Shown here: positions 63,302-64,000 of the stretch, piece after piece
Layout of the letters: the number at the start of each line of letters is the position of its first letter
Numbering within the stretch: the stretch's first letter is position 1
Source: Vulcanisaeta sp. JCM 16159
GTDB taxonomy: Archaea; Thermoproteota; Thermoprotei; Thermoproteales; Thermocladiaceae
Length of the DNA stretch: 64,000 bases
NCBI RefSeq assembly: GCF_001316265.1
Contig: NZ_BBDN01000003.1
Span: 123,339 to 187,338, forward strand
Direction of reading: 5' to 3'
Notes under the pieces: model-generated
Databases searched by the model: none
Told to the model about the DNA's origin: nothing
Seen by the model: the letters and a program-made list of their open reading frames with translations, nothing else
Made by a program: the position numbers and the translations under genes

Positions 63302-64000
63302 TGGTTAGTATTAAGGAGACCGAGGTCGTGCTTATCGAGCCGTCCAACCCTTCGACATTAACTCACTAGGTAATTTATTCGGTGGCCGAATGCTCGAGTG
63401 GATGGCCAACATAGGAACGGTAGCCGCCACCCGATTCTCAAGAGGTCCAGCCGTCCTCGCATACCTAGACAGGCACTTCTTCATAAGACCCGTCAGACTT
63501 GGTGAATTCGTAATACTCAAGGCCAGGGTTGAGTATGCCGGTAAATCATCCATGGAAGTCCGTATTGAAGCCTCGAAGGAAAGCCCAGGTGGTAAGCAGG
63601 AATTGGTGACGATGGCCACGGCATCCTACGTGGCCGTTGACGAGTATGGAGTCCCAAGACCCATAAATAACGTACTTGAGCCCACTAATGAGGAGAGACG
63701 GGTCTACGAGGAGGCCAGGAAAAGATATGAGGAGAGGAAGATAAAGATTGAGGATAGGAAACTTAGGAGATTCGACCTTACAGACCCAACTAAGGGACTT
63801 AGGTGGCGCGTTGAGTCTAGTCGCTGGGCCACGCCGTCGGATGCCTTCATCGGTAACCTGGTGTCTGGCGGTAGGTTATTGGCTTGGCTCGACGAGATAG
63901 CCGGCCTACTCGCGGCCAGGTACTCAGGTGGCGCCGCAGTGACGGGTTCCGTGGATGAGACGGCATTCTACGCGCCAATTAGGGTTGGGGATATAGTCAC
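63302..64000 (+). CDS. Acyl-CoA thioesterase, tandem hotdog fold (partial at the window end; frame break at about 63360)
   Basis: MVSIKETEVVLIEPSNPS, then +1 frame NLFGGRMLEWMANIGTVAA... and a second repeat ...LVSGGRLLAWLDEIAGLLAARYSGG. GG(R/K)L..W.D motifs occur twice. Confidence 0.6.

Noticed and set aside
1-64000. CRISPR array
   Set aside because: No series of regularly spaced direct repeats of 24-40 bp was found anywhere. The only short direct repeat (7226-7310) has two copies only.

Overview
This 64-kb window is a crenarchaeal chromosome segment, probably from a Thermoproteales-type organism. The evidence is a Cren7 chromatin protein, TBP, Hjc, exosome subunits Rrp41/Rrp42, a proteasome alpha subunit, ABCE1, RpoP, S25e, and three intron-containing tRNAs (Tyr, Gln, Val), the Val one carrying a non-canonical intron. 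Most of the window is housekeeping and metabolic genes: iorAB, a stomatin/NfeD pair, an Hsp20, a PhoU-like regulator, a geranylgeranyl reductase, an M32 carboxypeptidase, a GT2 glycosyltransferase and an archaeal NMNAT. Many ORFs, including clearly essential genes, are broken by single-base frameshifts at homopolymer runs. I therefore read these as assembly indel errors rather than true pseudogenes, and I report merged genes. The non-routine part is the interval between tRNA-Tyr (5.6 kb) and tRNA-Gln (10.7 kb), which holds three things. First, an element bounded by exact 19-bp inverted repeats that contains a fragmented TnpB/RuvC-like ORF. Second, a 0.7-kb GC-rich block of polypurine and polypyrimidine tracts with a duplicated 22-bp motif, which could be a structured ncRNA or a mirror repeat. 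Third, a strongly AT-rich three-gene cassette (a Cys-rich protein plus two membrane proteins) of unknown function. Other candidates worth a second look are a P-loop ATPase with an overlapping small ORF, a solitary Mrr-like nuclease, a NifX/NifB-like domain fused through a His-rich linker to a SAM methyltransferase, tandem paralogous secreted glycoproteins, and a TBP-Hjc translationally coupled operon. No CRISPR array or rRNA is present.
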